DNA of 64,000 nt from Syncephalis fuscata S228 (taxonomy: Eukaryota; Fungi; Zoopagomycota), in contig JAHLTZ010000025.1 in assembly GCA_025786725.1 (NCBI GenBank), positions 310,001 to 374,000 on the forward strand. The letters run 5' to 3'. Within the stretch, counting starts at the first letter, position 1; each line of letters opens with the position of its first letter. Shown piece after piece: positions 1-12,726 of the stretch. A model generated the notes under the pieces. That model was not told where the DNA came from, searched no databases, and saw only the letters and a list, made by a program, of their open reading frames with translations. Made by a program: the position numbers and the translations under genes.

Positions 1-887
1 CTATCAAACTTACGCAGGTAATATCATATTATCCGTCTGCTTTAATAAGTCAATAATTGGCTGTGTCTGTTCCGTCAATCTACATTGATAATGTACAGTA
101 TTAATATACGCTTAAATAGCATAATATTTAACGCTTCTTACCGAGCCAGCTTATCATTTGCTTTTCGTAGTTTTTCAGAGTTATCGTTCTCTTCTAATGG
201 CAAATTACACTGATCGCATAGAAATTGACAAGTATACGGATCAACGTTCTTACAAGCATCCAATGCATCAAATACACGATGACACATTGGACAGGCATAG
301 CCTTTGTTTTCTTGTTCCTATAGCCATTATTAGATTTAATCATAACTAATACTTCTATTACTTACACCGCGTAGATCAGCCAACACACGTTTACGCATCT
401 CATAAATTCGCCATTTAACAACATCCACAAATCGCTTATAATCAATCATATAATAGGTACGCCGAATCGTCAATCCCTCCACTTTTTTTGTATCATAGCG
501 AAATGCACTAATATAACATAGCATTATTAAATACATCTGTTCTTATTTACTTGCCCCTCTAACTAGCCCAGCCCATTGACTTACCTACGAATCAGATATT
601 CATCTCTTAATTTAGCACATATTTTGTGCACATTACTAGAAGAGAGTTTAGTCACTTTGGACAATTGCTCATCTCGATAACTAGGTAATGTATATATGAT
701 TAATCTTTAATATACGAGTGGCAATATAACACAATAGTCGTACGTACGTCTCTACTCTGCAAAGTGCGTCTAAGATGACCGTCCATTTGGGGTCGTAAAA
801 TGCGCGTGCTACTCTTGCTACCAATGTACGCAGTACTTGCTTTTCACTAGGCGTTAATTGCTTTGGTGCAACAATATGTGAGGCCAT
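1..887 (-). CDS. TFA1: Transcription initiation factor IIE alpha subunit (multi-exon, 3' end runs off the window)
   Basis: Spliced translation gives LVARVARAFYDPKWTVILDAL, YYMIDYKRFVDVVKWRIYEMRKRV and the zinc ribbon CPMC...FLCDQC, all typical of TFIIE-alpha; GT-AG introns separate the pieces. Confidence 0.9.
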
Positions 888-1072
888 AATAGACAGTAGG
901 CCAATCTAGTAGAATGATAGACTGAGGTTGTAGTATATGGATTCAGTAAATGCTCCACAGATGAAGTTGAAGAAATATTTTTTAGCCAACTCAGAACACC
1001 AAATAAATTTACCACGAATGATCACTGATTGGTCGATTTTAAACATTTTTTATTCATTTTAGTTTAAAGCCT

Positions 1073-1715
1073 ATGAATGATTCTTCGTTGTATAGCTTGC
1101 TGGGAGTAGCCGAAGACGCATCTCGCGACACTATTCGAAAGGAATACCAGCGTCAACTGCTATTGGTAAGATAGTGTTGCTATTGTGTTGAGGTTGTTAG
1201 ACTGATGATATCCGTTTAGTGCCATCCAGATAAACATGTAACAAAGCAAATAGATAACAATGAACACGAACTACGTATTCGGCTAGATACAATAAGACAA
1301 GCATGGGACGTACTAGGTGATGTTGTGAAACGCAAAGACTACGATAAAGAGCTGAAAGGTGATTTGATTATAATGGATTGGTTCAATTCTGTGTTTAACC
1401 ATAGTTGTTGTTGCTATTGCTGCTGCTATTGTTATTGTTTTAGCCGGTCGGCTACGCCAAACAGCGCCAATGGACATTGCCGTAGATTTGGACGACATGG
1501 TATTTACTGAAGGTATAAGTGGCTGGCCATGTACAAACGATGGCTTATATTAATTGTTGTAAATAGATACGGGCGTGTACACTTATGCTTGTCGTTGCAG
1601 CGGCGAATATCTATTAACTGAAGCAGATCTAGAGGCAGGCGCTGAGCTAGTTAATTGTTCGCAATGTTCATTGCGTATTCATGTTCTATATCAATGTATT
1701 GAAGAGATGGAGTGA
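1073..1715 (+). CDS. DPH4: Diphthamide biosynthesis protein 4 (J-domain + CSL zinc finger), 4 exons
   Basis: MNDSSLYSLLGVAEDASRDTIRKEYQRQLLL|CHPDK...AWDVLGDVVKRKDYD (J domain with HPD), then YTYACRCSGEY...VNCSQCSLRIHVLY (CSL finger); stop TGA 1713-1715. Confidence 0.9.
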
Positions 1716-1895
1716 ACTGTAGGCGATGGCGGCAATGACTCACATTGACCTATAGGTCAATCACCAAATCTTTAATAAGAAATTGCTTTATTGATATGAA
1801 AACATAAGCTTCTTTCTCTTAAATAAATCGCATATTATTTTATTGTTATCAATTTTGATATTACAGTTGCTATTACAACAACTGCTAGGTTCAAC

Positions 1896-2474
1896 ATGAG
1901 TAGTGCATTCTTCTATGGATCTTTGATGCATCCCAAAGTGCTGACACGTGTTCTTTCAAAAAATGATTTGCCAGGTCCTGACGAAGGAGTACCAGCGGTG
2001 CTTATGGTAAATACGTCATTGTTCCAGTGTTTTCATACAATATTAATAAACACCTATCTACATTTACCTATACTATAGGGATATAGAAGACATCCTATTA
2101 TGCATGCTGCCTATCCAGCATGTGTGCCAGGACGTGACAAGGACACAGTGCAGGGTTTATTTGTGCAGGGACTGACCGAAGAGCATATCTGTCTATTAGA
2201 CTATTTTGAAGGCAATGTAGGTAAATACCGCTTATTCGATGTCCGTATAATAACCACACCTGATATGGTTACTGTTTATTAGGAATATACACGGGAGCGT
2301 GTATTAGTAGTGATAGGCAATGAAGCGGATGGTACGGCAACAACAGTAGAAGCCGATACCTATATTTGGTGCGGAAACAACGACCTTTTATTAACAGATC
2401 GTGACTGGGATTGGGTGTATTTTAAAGAGCATAATATTGGTCGTTTCATGACAGAGGACGATGGATTTAACTAG
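1896..2474 (+). CDS. AIG2-like / gamma-glutamylcyclotransferase family protein, 3 exons
   Basis: FFYGSLM N-terminal motif, GYRRHPIMHAAYPA, LLDYFEG-EYTRERV, ADTYIW...DWDWVYF; introns at about 2007-2078 and 2216-2282. Confidence 0.85.
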
Positions 2475-2538
2475 GGAATTGTTTGGTAGGATGGCGATAT
2501 GTGTATTCAATAACCACCTGTCTATCAGCAATATATGT

Positions 2539-3177
2539 TTATTGAGCAAGTGTTTCTATAACAGTGTTTAATAAAGTGTGTGGATTCAGTTCACCATCTA
2601 CAGTGATCACGTCGGATTGATCCAATGGCTGTTCATCTTGTGTGGGTATTTCTAGTGTGGCAAATTGGCTGTCGACAAGGCTGGCAGGCATAAAATGATG
2701 AGTACGCATTGTGGCCCGCTGTTGAGCACACAGTTTACTAATATGTAAATAGAGAAAGCATACAGGACATTTTAGCTGATGGCGAAAAATGTCACGATAA
2801 GCACGCTTTAAACAGGAACAGGCCAAGTAAATATGGGTTGGCTTATGGTTTGTTGTTTGGTTTAGCGATGTTGTTAATTGTTGCGCTTGTTGGTTAACAG
2901 CCTGACAAAGTGCAGCTAGCCATGGCCAACGATCTTCATCCTCCAGAGCCACACCACTGGCCATTTTTACGCGATTGGCTGGTGGATGATAATCATCAGC
3001 CTCGATATAAAATGGATTTAAAAGATCGCTAGTGGCTATATTTTGCGCTGACTCGATAGTCTGTTGACTGGCTTCATATTGTGCAAGCTGCCTGGCCATT
3101 GTTGTCTTGCCACAAGCACTTACGCCCATAATAACGACAATAGATACTTTTGGATTGTCTATTGGTAGTGAAGCCAT
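2539..3177 (-). CDS. Gluconokinase (GntK/IdnK type)
   Basis: P-loop VIMGVSACGKTT, EADDYHPPANRVKMASGVALEDEDRWPWL, ACSCLKRAYRD, HHFMPASLVDSQFATLE; likely start MASLPID at 3177; single exon. Confidence 0.93.
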   Translation of the reverse strand: MASLPIDNPKVSIVVIMGVSACGKTTMARQLAQYEASQQTIESAQNIATSDLLNPFYIEADDYHPPANRVKMASGVALEDEDRWPWLAALCQAVNQQAQQLTTSLNQTTNHKPTHIYLACSCLKRAYRDIFRHQLKCPVCFLYLHISKLCAQQRATMRTHHFMPASLVDSQFATLEIPTQDEQPLDQSDVITVDGELNPHTLLNTVIETLAQ

Positions 3178-3430
3178 TATACAAAACACTAACTTGCCAA
3201 GTAACAAAGCAATCAAATAGTTGTAAAAGTGTCTGTAAAGTAAAAATAGTGCCATGTTCATTAATATTTATTTTTATGATCTGTGGCGCACGTCATGAAT
3301 TCTTTTCTTACTGCATGCTTGTTCATTCAATTCTTACTTAGATTGTCGCCTAATTTGTCATTATTTTACGTGGACGCAGTTGTATAAGTTTGTGCTGTTA
3401 GTACGAGGATCGTGCGAGGTGAGAAGGCCG

Positions 3431-5844
3431 ATGCAGCGAACGTTTCTAGTGCTGCGCCGGTGCGTCTTGGAATGCGCGAATAACCGACGATCCTCTCGAG
3501 CCGCCGCTGCTGTCGATTGGGAGTTAGATCTTGCTAGTCACCGGGTACCTTCTTGTACTAAACGATCGTTGGCCAGATCGCGCTGTTTAACTAACGTAAA
3601 AGTCGTCATTGGCATTCGATCTTTGCATACGAGTACGCTGTTGGTTAATAGAGCCGGAATTCCTTCAATAGCGACAACACAAGTAGATACGGCCATATGT
3701 GCAGTGCAGGATATAACATCACCAGACAGTGCAAAGGAAAGCAATGCAACGATGAAAATGCTACTGCAACATCAAATGCAGCAACAGCAGATGTAGCAAA
3801 GAACAACGAAGATGTACAGCTACCAAGGACTACTCGGAAAGTTTTAAAAATTGATAGGCATGGTCAAGAGAAGGGCGATATATCGCGTCAATTACATCAT
3901 ACTAAACCGAAACCGACTATTAAAACAAAATCGTGTCATTATGCTCATACTGGAGTAGCGCCAGCTAGACTAAAGAAGGGTACATTTCAGAAGGCGCAAA
4001 CAAAATGCCTACATATACCCATAGCCGTAGACAATGCGTATACAGAGCTTGCATGCGAGCTTACTGCGGCTTTGCATGGTGCATATCCAGTATCAGCTGA
4101 TCATGTATGGCAGATATACGCCAAAGGACACCAATCAGTTGATTTTCTGTACGCTATTGATATTTCGTCATTTCGCAGGCTATTACGGGTGCTAGAGTGG
4201 CGCTATGGTGTAAAACACACTGCCGCTTTACCAGCCAATGCGAGCTTTAAAGAAAAGCAATCAACCGATATTGATATAGCAAACAACGAGGTGCTGGCTA
4301 TAGATCCACGCGATTCAAGAGCACAACAGGCAGAGCGTATTCTTCAGGTCATTAAAGATATGCGTAGACGCGGATTAAAGCCGCCCGACAATGCTTATAG
4401 AGCATTAATGCGCGATGCTATTTGGCTGACTAATGCTGGCAATACAACATGGACAGTACCACGTCACGATATAATATTGCGCAAAGAATTATTACGTGCT
4501 CATTTAACGATATTCCGATTAAAGCGCGATACATTACGTGTTATACTAGACGATGCAGCCGAAGCCATTGCTGCCATCGATCAGCCATCAACATCCAAAA
4601 TGAAGCGTGGCTATGAACGGTATGAATTTGATATGCCAGCAATAACTAAGGGACGGATTACCTATCAACAAATTATCGAGTCTGCTGCCAATTCATTGCA
4701 GCGTCCGTTGGCATTATTGGCCTATAATGATATCCGATATAATGGTCATAGTATTAGCGTTGCTACTGAACGTCTTTTATGGCAGACACTTGCTTCACGT
4801 CGTAGTCCATACCGCGATATTAGTACATTTGTTGCTATGCGACAGCTTCTAATTAACCGTGACAAAAATAATACCGAAAATGATGCAACAACAACATCTA
4901 ACGCCATGTTGTATAGTTATCGCGATGCTACAGCACAACTAGTATCTAGCAATAATTTAATGGATGCAACAAAACTTGCTATATCATTTTATAATGACGG
5001 CATTCAAGTGCCCATTCATTTACTTAATCAGCTATTAGCGCTGCTATGTGAAGCTTATTTATTAAAAACAGCGGTTGTGCTACTTAGATGTGTATGTTTA
5101 TCTAAATTAACCGACTCTTCAACACCTGAAAATGATTTACAGCAAACAGCACAGCACAGCAATAGCGTTTGGTTAGCACCAACCCGTCCCGATACCGTTA
5201 GTTTTAACACCGTAGCCAACGCATTTGTTGATCAAGGTGACTGGGAAGCAGCCCATGACATCGTTTGTCTCGCCACTGATATGGGAATTAAACCAACAGG
5301 CGTTACTATCAACGTCCAACTTAAAGCTGAACTGGCCCGTGAAATAAAAGAAACACAAGCCGCTATTGATAGCACATCTAATTCTGGATGGCCAGCCAAT
5401 GCTTACTGGGCACAGCATCAGCCGCAACCCGCACAACAACGCCACCCATCTGTAGCCACCTCTTCATCGTTAACGATTGTAGAACGCGCTCTAAACAATC
5501 TGATACGACAAAATGATCTAGTAGAGTCGCAGCTTAATGTTAGCACGTACAATCTATGTCTAACTACGTTAATGGCCAATGATTATCCGGAACACGATAG
5601 CTACACAGGTGGTTTAGCCGCCTATCGACTTGTAAACCGTATGGAAGCCGCCAACATTGCCCCCAATCTTGTCACTTGCCATACACTTTTACGAATCTAT
5701 GGTCGTAAAAAGGACCGCAAATCATTTGTCCGTGTGCTTAAAATGATGGCCAAACACCAGCTAATGCCTAACCGTACTACTCAAGCGATTATTCTCCAGT
5801 ACAGTGACCCCCATACTTGGCGATGGCGCCCCTCGCCTATTTAA
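3431..5844 (+). CDS. Mitochondrial pentatricopeptide repeat (PPR) protein; one apparent frameshift at ~3748
   Basis: PPR motifs MRRRGLKPPDNAYRALM, PDTVSFNTVANAF, GIKPTGVTINVQL, APNLVTCHTLLRIY, PNRTTQAIIL. The Arg/Ser-rich presequence MQRTFLVLRRC...IRSLHTS lies in another frame and joins if one A is restored in GCAAC at 3746-3750. Confidence 0.8.
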
Positions 5845-7150
5845 ATCATTTAATAATAGTCAATTGTATACTATGCTTATTATCATCATTTAAATTGTTA
5901 TTTTGATTGCTATTACTAAAAACGGTTATAGTGTCGTTTATTCATGTATGCCTTTATGTTCTGCCTAATACTGATATCAATAGACCAAATACGGCTAATG
6001 ATTACGCGACTTTATTACAGTTGCCATGTGTGCCAGTACCCGATCCATATATACACGCAATTATAGATGTATACACAATACAACGCAATGGGTGTTGCTT
6101 GCCCAGGTCTACCCATTCCTGTGTATTTACGTCATTCCTATGTCATCCGCCCTTTACATCTGCGCCCAATTTGAAAATCATTTCTTCTATTCATTTTATT
6201 TGCATACCCAATACACAGGGGCTCAAGGCGCCGTCACATTACATCCTTGCCCGTAAATTACCGATAACAGCAAATATTGCTACTCAATTTAATCTACGCT
6301 CATCTATCATTTCTCCCCCCTCCCTAACACCGATACTAATAAACGATTCTAAAACAATACTTTATGCCAAGTGTGTATCAATACAGATACATATATACAC
6401 ACACTACATTATCGATATCATGAACACATAAATATTAATGTATCCACTCTACACATTAATGATTCCTATCAATCTATAGCACAAACAACAAGCCATCTAG
6501 ACTCATGCTGGTAGTACGATGGTAACCAAATTCACAAGTAGATTAGTTGCTACACAGCCACAGCCACATACATAGACACAGACATATACATGCATTCACA
6601 CACGCACACTCTGTCTCTCTGTCTCTATCATTGATAACATCCATTCACATTGCTATTAATGCACGTGCTTTATCACAAGCAATTCTATTCTTCTATCGCT
6701 GCCTCCTTTTACGGATGATCATTGATAATACCTGCTGATTGGTAGAGCGGAGTAAAGGCATATCTGGCCAGGGCTTATATCAGTCTATAGCACTAAGCAG
6801 AGTGAACAACACATGCCTCAACGCCCAACATCAGTCACTGATTGTTCGTTTATTTGGTAGTTTGCGCGCGCGTCAATACAACCTCCTTTGCTTTATCTTT
6901 TTTATTCTTCTACACTGCAACTTTTTTATTTCTCTATAGTAGTCCGTTCTAGCTGTGGTCTAAACCTAGCTAGGAACGTGCATCTATCCTCTATTCTAAC
7001 CACACTACATACGCGCACGTGTAGGTGTGTGCAGTGTGTGTGTGTGTGTGTAAACTAGCACCTATTTCTCTGTGTCATCTTTACGATGAAATATATGTCC
7101 ATTCGTATTATATCTATATTGCTGCCTTTTCAATCGACGTTAAGTCGTTT

Positions 7151-7151
<1 letters not shown>

Positions 7152-7200
<49 letters not shown>
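7152..7200. repeat. (AGT)16 microsatellite
   Basis: Perfect trinucleotide run seen directly; a (GT)n tract lies nearby at ~7034-7051. Confidence 0.95.
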
Positions 7201-8500
7201 ACAGCAGTAATAGTTATATTGGCCGTAACCTTGTGGTAAGTCAAATAATACGTTTATTCTTTCTTATTACCCACATGCTTGCCCTTTGTTTTCTACTGCT
7301 TGTGACTGAGTTATGCTATTATTGCATGGCCTATTTAATGTGGTAATTCTGGTTCGTTTAAAGGTCATAATATGGGAATGAGCGTTACAGCTCGGCATTC
7401 ACGTGCCGTTCAATTGTCTTATCGATTGTATCAGTCGTTTTAATCTTCTGTATAATGCGGACTTTTTAGCTGTTTTATTAAGACATTTTCTTTGCTAAAC
7501 TCACTCATTCACCCCACCCATTTTACACTGCCAATTCTGTATGCACACAAAACAGTGACTGTCTGCCATTAATAGCCGTAACGGTCGAAACACTGATAAC
7601 AGCAAAACACTTTGTTGTCGTCGTTGTGCACTCATATTTATTTGATACATTGTCGCTTATATTACATATTCACTATTATAGTATATGCATTCGTTGTTGC
7701 CTTACCGAGTTTCACTAATCGTTTTATGACTTTTACTGTAGTGGTTATCAGACCAGTTAAAAGCCTTAACTGAATGACTGACCAGCTATCCTGTTAGTTG
7801 CATATGCTCTTTTCTTTTTCCTTTCCATTTTCATATTTGCATGCATTATAGACGCACTAGATGTCTTATCTTAACAGCAACGTAAGTTGAATTGCGAAAC
7901 GATGATGGCGGTAATCGGTGTAATTTGCGTCATCATAGCATAGTGCCAACCATATGGTATTGGGCGGGTGAGTATGTTGTTATCTTATCTCGGCAAGTAC
8001 CGCTTTAAATGCATGCAGGAGGCTTATCTTACTTGTTTGCTTCCGAGTTGGCCGCAGCACTAGCAATGGCAGTAGCACAAGCCATGTAACCAGTACTACA
8101 TGATGGTAGATCCAAAGTTTATACGCGTATACACACACATATATATATGGCCTAGTACTATTGCCTCTATTACTGTTCCTTCCCGGCTCTTTTCACTCCT
8201 TTATCGAGCGTGCTGGCATTTCAGCCAACAGTTTTGTGTTTGGGCATAGTGTGTGTGTGACTTGTACACGCGTATTTATCGGCATTTACTCTGATCAACC
8301 TTGAGCTTTGATCTATTTTACTATTACAACAACTGATATTGATACTCCTTTTTAATCTAATTATCAATATTGTTGTTGATAGTATCTTTTGTGTATAGTT
8401 TACTAATTACGAATTATATGGCTGTTTACTATAGTACCTATAACAACAGCACTCGTTTCTGAGGATCCAGACACATTTAAATCGTACCATTTGTCTTAGT

Positions 8501-10663
8501 ATGACCAACATTATGACACAACCACCAGTGCTTCATTTTTCATTTTATACGCGTCACGAAAGTGACGACGATGACGATGTGTTATTATCGGCTGTCCATG
8601 AGCATCGTCAGCAAAGTCCATCACCACAACGTCAATCGCCGGCGGTTGTCGATCGTAACTCTCCTGAATTCAATTCTCGTGCCTGTCGTAGTGTGCGTAA
8701 AGCAATGCGCACATTGACGTCTACGGGTAATCGATCGTGTTCGTCAAAGGCGCACCATCGTCCGTCTTTTTCATTAACCGGCCTTTCTTCGGATGAATCA
8801 TGGCTTCCTAAACGATCTGCTTCCCCGCTTGATGCTACATCAGCCAAGGAAAGGAAAACACATGAATTTACATCGTCAGAGTCAAATAGTAGCGAGGGGC
8901 TATTTCCTAATAGAGAACATGCCCGACAAGATAAACATGCTAGCTATTTTGTACGCTGTGTGCACTCTGAAGAAGAGGATAACGACGACGAGGACGACGA
9001 GGACGATGAGGGTAGTTACGATCATTATGACAATGACATTGATTGCACCAAGACTACTTATGGATTAATAACCGACGGAACGGCAACGCCACGGTCACGT
9101 AATGATGTATCTATGTCACACAGTACACCGTGTACACCCATAAGGACTAGATTTACATCTATTGATTCGGGTAAGTAATAATTAATATGATTTGTTATAT
9201 TTGCTATAATAAGTAATATCTATTTTATAGCATTTATTCAAGCTAAGAAACCATCTATCATCGTTAATGGCGTAGCAGAAGAAGACGAAGTAGATGACGA
9301 AGTAGATGACGGTAATGATACAAGCGATACAGCAATATCAACGGCAGGAGGACAGTCATTTACAAGTTCATTGACTGCCGCTTCTTCAGTTAAAACAAGC
9401 CATGAAACTGATGATGACGCTGATGATGATCTAGACTGTTCAATGGACAATGTCAACTCACCAGAATCTGAACATAAATTTCCTGCATCTACGTCAGTAC
9501 TAAAACAACAAATGCAATTAATGGTACGTCATCGACAACGCCACCCTGACTATATTTATCATGCACCTTGTGAGCATTACCCATCGCAAGCACAGACTGG
9601 CTATTTAGTCAATGATCGGTGTCGTAAATACGATAATTTATTATCTGTAGTGGAATTTGGTGTGCGGGCTGCCGATTGTCTTCCGGTAACGTTCAAAACG
9701 GTCGCCGATACTTATTTGGCCGTGCGTGAACTGGCTGCATTTGATCGAGTGGCCGGTGTAGAGAATGTTGTCCAGTTGATTGATACATTCCTTGATGATC
9801 AAAGTAGACGGGTGTTTATTTTGCCACGTCTACGTCCACTTAACTGGGCCGAACACGATTTGATTGATTTGGCCAGATTATTGCGTCAAATGCTTTCAGC
9901 ATTATACCATGTACATCAGCGTGGTCTAGTTCATTTGGATATTAACCAGCGAATATGCTTCAAGATGCAGCTGGTGATTTAGTGTTGATTGATTTTGGTC
10001 TAGCTAGAGATGTGCCGGCCAATGGTCCACGAGCTGGCTGCTCCTCTGGTATTCGTCCTTGTGGTACAGCAGGCTTTATAGCACCTGAACTACTTGGTTT
10101 ATCTTGCTCGACGCAGGATAACAATGACGATGACTTGGATATTCTACTAGTCAGATCTATTGGTTCAGTACCTGCGACAGATTATGATGATCGACGTCGC
10201 CAGCCTCAACAACAACCAATGCGCGATGGCCGTAGCTGTGACTTTTTCTCAGCGGTGTTGTATTTGCCCTTGCACTTGTACCGTATCTGCCAGAGGACTG
10301 CACCACTGTTCGTTGTTTAGGCAGCTCTATTGCCACGATGGACACGCTAGAACGGGCACGTGCCGAACTCATTGAGTCGTTAAATAATCCATTCCGCGAT
10401 ACAACGATTCCCAAAGTGGTGTGGCAAGCAATGGAAGTGGCCGCCGGCTTACTTGATCCAAATCCAACAACGCGCTGGACGGCCGAACGTGGACTCGCTC
10501 CTGTTTTGTTAATGCAAAGTCTTGTGAATTTGCCGGCACTGATTTAGCTACCTATCAAGAAGCACGTCGTATGGCTCGCTATCATCGATCGTGTGCCATG
10601 ACCTCAAGAAGCCACTGGAGTGATGATGGCCTCGATGATGCCTATGGTATTTATAGGTATTAA
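8501..10663 (+). CDS. Ser/Thr protein kinase with long acidic low-complexity N-terminus (1 intron; several apparent indels)
   Basis: RELAAF (alphaC), ENVVQLIDTF, HVHQRGLVHLDI[K]PANML (restoring one A at 9944-9945), LVLIDFGLARD, GTAGFIAPELL, DFFSA, GLLDPNPTTRWTAE; intron 9171-9230. Confidence 0.8.
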
Positions 10664-10959
10664 CAACAATAACAATAATGATATGTATTCATGTATTCAG
10701 TTACGTTTGGATCATATACACACAGCAATATTAATTAATCTTCCTTTATGAAGAACTGCAGCAGTCTTTTAATTCTTATACTGCTACTACTACTTTCCTA
10801 AATTACTTTATTTTATTAAATGAGCAACATTTATCATTTATATTCATATATCCAAGTGTGTAATGGTAATTAATTCATTATTATTATTATTATGTTATAA
10901 ACATTATTAGTATGTTTATTTATTACTTGCGTTTGAGTGACAAAGCATTTGTATATTTA

Positions 10960-11530
10960 TATAATAATACTTGGTGTCAAATAACTTTATTGCATTAATT
11001 TAATTATTTTAATATACTGATTAATACTGATAAACTCGTTCTATAATAATGAGTAGCTTTTGGTGTTAATTGACATTAATATTTTAACATCATACAATCT
11101 ACGTCACCACATTTCCCTTTCTCTTTCTTCACACTTGACAGCATATATCCATTGCATATACTTGTACACTCCATATATGTTACATAGATAGTGTCAGTAT
11201 TTAACTGACTACTGGTCAAGTATAAATACCTTTACACTATGTATTTGCATTGCTATTTTGTAATCTAACCTCTTTTTACAAACCATCGTTATTAGTCGAT
11301 CATTGCTTTTGGCCCTTTTATTGACATGGTAAGTGCATTCCTGGCTTGTTTATGCTATGGATCATTGCAGATCGCACTATTGTATATGCACAGCGGCCAG
11401 TAGACAAATGTAGCGATTATATGCTGCCAAAGATACTATATGCTTTGATTTGCTATAGATCACTACGATAGATCGTGCTGGCAATAGCATATACAATAGC
11501 AACAGTAGTAGATTTCACTGTATGGTATTG
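10960..11530 (+). repeat. Dispersed non-coding repeat family, copy A (partial, diverged)
   Basis: The core 11091-11350 (CATACAATCTACGTCACCACATTTCC...GTGCATTCCTGGCTTGTTT) aligns by eye to ~17545-17795 and to the reverse complement of ~39110-39370 and ~47140-47405. Confidence 0.85.
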
Positions 11531-11705
11531 AAGACTTGCTCAGGAAAGGAAAGGATCAATAAAGGTATAAATGTATACACATCATATAACAAGTAGAAAT
11601 GTCATTTGTTCTATCATTAAACGCATCATAAACTGAATAGACACATGTCAATAAATTGCTATTCTATAGTGTACACGTTTTATCGTGGAAATAGCATCAT
11701 GCTGT

Positions 11706-12726
11706 CTAGGACACATTGTCAAAATCATCTGGAATATTAAAGTGCTTTCGGAGATCACGTTGCTCGATGTTGAATTTACGTGAACAATAGGACTGAAGAG
11801 CAAATATGTTGTCTGTCATGGGTCAGTCAAATGCTATACTAGTCCTTGTAGCAACTTACCGGTCCATCGATTAGCTGCTTGTTTTGATATATCAGCTGCT
11901 TGACCTAGTAACAAATAGAATGTGGTATAAACATAAGAATGGGTACGCAACTAGTAGTTATAATAAACCTTACGCTTAGTTGCAATAATCTCTGGATCAT
12001 TATCTTTGAATTGCTGCAGTTCTTCTAGATACGCTTTGTTCTGTACTTCAGCTTCAGCCAGCGAGGCTAATAGTTGATCTCGGTGATCCTAAGTTATTAC
12101 CAGGTTATAGTTTACTATAGCACAATAGTTGGATACGTTACCGAAGATACACGATGTTGGTTGGCTTCATTGATGGCTGCATCCAGCTCAAGCTTTTTTT
12201 CAGATAGGCGTGCCTGTTCTGTTTTCAAGTCATCTAACTTTTGCTCTCTCTACATAGTAATGTGGTCAGTAACATTGATGTGTTTATTGTTTGTACTTAC
12301 AGCGCGGAATCCCTCACTTGGAAATGACCAGTAGTAATTAGAAGTGCCAATCTTTTCACAGTGGACTAGACTATCATTAACAAGTTCCTGTAAAACATCT
12401 TTAACCGACTGGGCGACTATCAATGTCCATATACATTAGTCAAATAAATACGCTATCATTATGTTGCGATAATATACCTATGCCTTTTGCTTTAGGCAGA
12501 ATCTTTTCCAATTCTTTCAATTGAAGAACGTCACTCTATAGTTATTTGTAAAAGAACGTTTTCTTATTACTGTTATCCACCATAGTACTGTATTAATATA
12601 AACATACTGTTTCGTGGAAATAGTCCTGCATGCGTTGCCGTTTTTCCTCAGCAGAGACACCGCGTTTTTTAGACTGACAAGGTCATCAGTAACTGGTTCA
12701 AGTAGGTCGATCATACTACGTACCAT
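11706..12726 (-). CDS. MND1: Meiotic nuclear division protein 1 (multi-exon)
   Basis: M|SKKRGVSAEEKRQRMQDYFHET, FFQLKELEKILPKAKGI, QSVKDVLQELVNDSLVHCEKIGTSNYYWSFPS, AANRWTDNIFALQSYC, FNIPDDFDNVS-stop. Confidence 0.93.

Noticed and set aside
5907-7346. ORFs of 63-174 aa between the PPR gene and the kinase
   Set aside because: Low-complexity or microsatellite-derived translations, mostly non-ATG starts and no motifs; probably UTR or intergenic.
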